The translations under genes and the position numbers were made by a program. Positions 62,256 to 64,000 of a stretch of DNA of 64,000 nucleotides are shown one piece after another. The stretch lies in assembly GCA_964016885.1 (NCBI GenBank), contig CAXHJY010000267.1, positions 1 through 64,000 of the forward strand, written 5' to 3'. This DNA comes from Eledone cirrhosa (Eukaryota). Every line of letters begins with the position of its first letter. The first letter of the stretch is position 1. Under the pieces are notes generated by a model. That model made no database searches. It was not told the origin of the DNA and saw nothing but the letters and a program-made list of their open reading frames with translations.

Positions 62256-62351
62256 TATAAAAACGTATCTATATACATATATGTATCAATATGCATACAT
62301 ATATATACATATATACATATATATACATATATATATACATATATATATATG

Positions 62352-62419
<68 letters not shown>

Positions 62420-62790
62420 CATATACACACATATATATACATATATATATACACACATATATATACATATATATATATACATATATATAAATATACACAT
62501 ACACATATATATATACACAAACACATATACATATATATATACACACACATACATATATATATACACACATATACATATATATATACATACACATACATAT
62601 ATATATATATACTTACATACATATATATATATAGACATACATACACACATACATATATATATATATACATACATACATATATATATACATACATATATAT
62701 ATATATATATACACACATAGATACATATATATATACACACATACATATATATATATATACACACATACATACATATATATATATATATAT
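61508..62790. repeat. (TA)n and (TA/CA)n microsatellite tracts with short unique interruptions
   Basis: Near-pure A/T tract 61508-61878; TA/CA tract 62095-62790. Confidence 0.93.
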
Positions 62791-62841
62791 AAGAAGAGAA
62801 AAAACACATGAGGTAGAAATACATTCCTGTTGTTGTTGTTC

Positions 62842-62872
<31 letters not shown>

Positions 62873-62925
62873 CAGTCGTAATCCATAAAAAAAAAAAATC
62901 AACATTATTATATAGGTTCCCCGTA

Positions 62926-63020
62926 GTCACCGCCACCGCCACCATCACCAGCATTATCATCACCATCATCATCATCATCACCAACATAGTCACCATCATC
63001 ACCAACATCATCATCATCAT
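62926..63020. repeat. (CAC/CAT)n trinucleotide microsatellite
   Basis: Direct inspection. Confidence 0.85.
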
Positions 63021-63088
63021 GTCCCTCGCAGTATTCTTCTATAAAATTATTGTAAAGCTGCTTTTTTTCCATTTAATATTTAAAAAGG

Positions 63089-64000
63089 TGTAATAAATGT
63101 TTCTACTTTTGGCACAAGGCCAGCAATTACCCCAGTGTATTACTGGTACTTTATTTTATCAACCCTGTAATAATTGTTTCTACTTTTGGGGGCACAAGGC
63201 CAGCAATTACCCCAGTGTATTACTGGTACTTTATTTTATCAACCCTGTAATAAATGTTTCTACTTTTGGCACAAGGCCAGCAATTACCCCAGTGTATTAC
63301 TGGTACTTTATTTTATCAACCCTGTAATAATTGTTTCTACTTTTGGGGGCACAAGGCCAGCAATTACCCCAGTGTATTACTGGTACTTTATTTTATCAAC
63401 CCTGTAATAAATGTTTCTACTTTTGGCACAAGGCCAGCAATTACCCCAGTGTATTACTGGTACTTTATTTTATCAACCCTGTAATAATTGTTTCTACTTT
63501 TGGGGGCACAAGGCCAGCAATTACCCCAGTGTATTACTGGTACTTTATTTTATCAACCCTGTAATAATTGTTTCTACTTTTGGGGGCACAAGGCCAGCAA
63601 TTACCCCAGTGTATTACTGGTACTTTATTTTATCAACCCTGTAATAATTGTTTCTACTTTTGGGGGCACAAGGCCAGCAATTACCCCAGTGTATTACTGG
63701 TACTTTATTTTATCGACCCTGTAATAACTGTTTCTACTTTTGGCACAAGGCCAGCAATTACCCCAGTGTATTACTGGTACTTTATTTTATCAACCCTGTA
63801 ATAAATGTTTCTACTTTTGGCACAAGGCCAGCAATTACCCCAGTGTATTACTGGTACTTTATTTTATCAACCCTGTAATAATTGTTTCTACTTTTGGGGG
63901 CACAAGGCCAGCAATTACCCCAGTGTATTACTGGTACTTTATTTTATCAACCCTGTAATAATTGTTTCTACTTTTGGGGGCACAAGGCCAGCAATTACCC
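63089..64000. repeat. 77/80-bp minisatellite derived from the SINE 3' part (runs off the window end)
   Basis: Unit TGTTTCTACTTTT(GGG)GGCACAAGGCCAGCAATTACCCCAGTGTATTACTGGTACTTTATTTTATCAACCCTGTAATAA[A/T] matches 50158-50229 and 54708-54779. Confidence 0.95.

Overview
This is AT-rich eukaryotic, repeat-dominated DNA. The tRNA/Meta-type SINEs and long (TA)n tracts suggest a cephalopod such as Octopus (inference from recalled repeat families, not a database search). I found no host protein-coding gene, rRNA, intact tRNA or CRISPR array. Over 70% of the window is tandem repeat, with units of 40, 77, 72/60, 62, 44, 71, ~40, 32, 16, 116/138, 48, 61 and 77/80 bp. The rest is mobile DNA: a 5'-truncated CR1-clade LINE with a near-intact ORF2, a second CR1 fragment, a decayed Ty3/gypsy integrase end with a probable LTR, two half-copies of a TTAA piggyBac-type MITE, a non-autonomous Helitron and several SINEs. 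Best observations: (1) the LINE ORF2 has no usable ATG and lies in the -1 frame behind a G_GGA_AAC slippery heptamer that abuts the ORF1 stop, which suggests programmed -1 frameshifting; (2) many arrays have a visible seed in a nearby element, and neighbouring arrays fuse through short microhomologies; (3) one minisatellite carries a histone-mRNA-like 3' stem-loop; (4) one dispersed repeat has a second module that occurs forward, reversed or as a palindrome.
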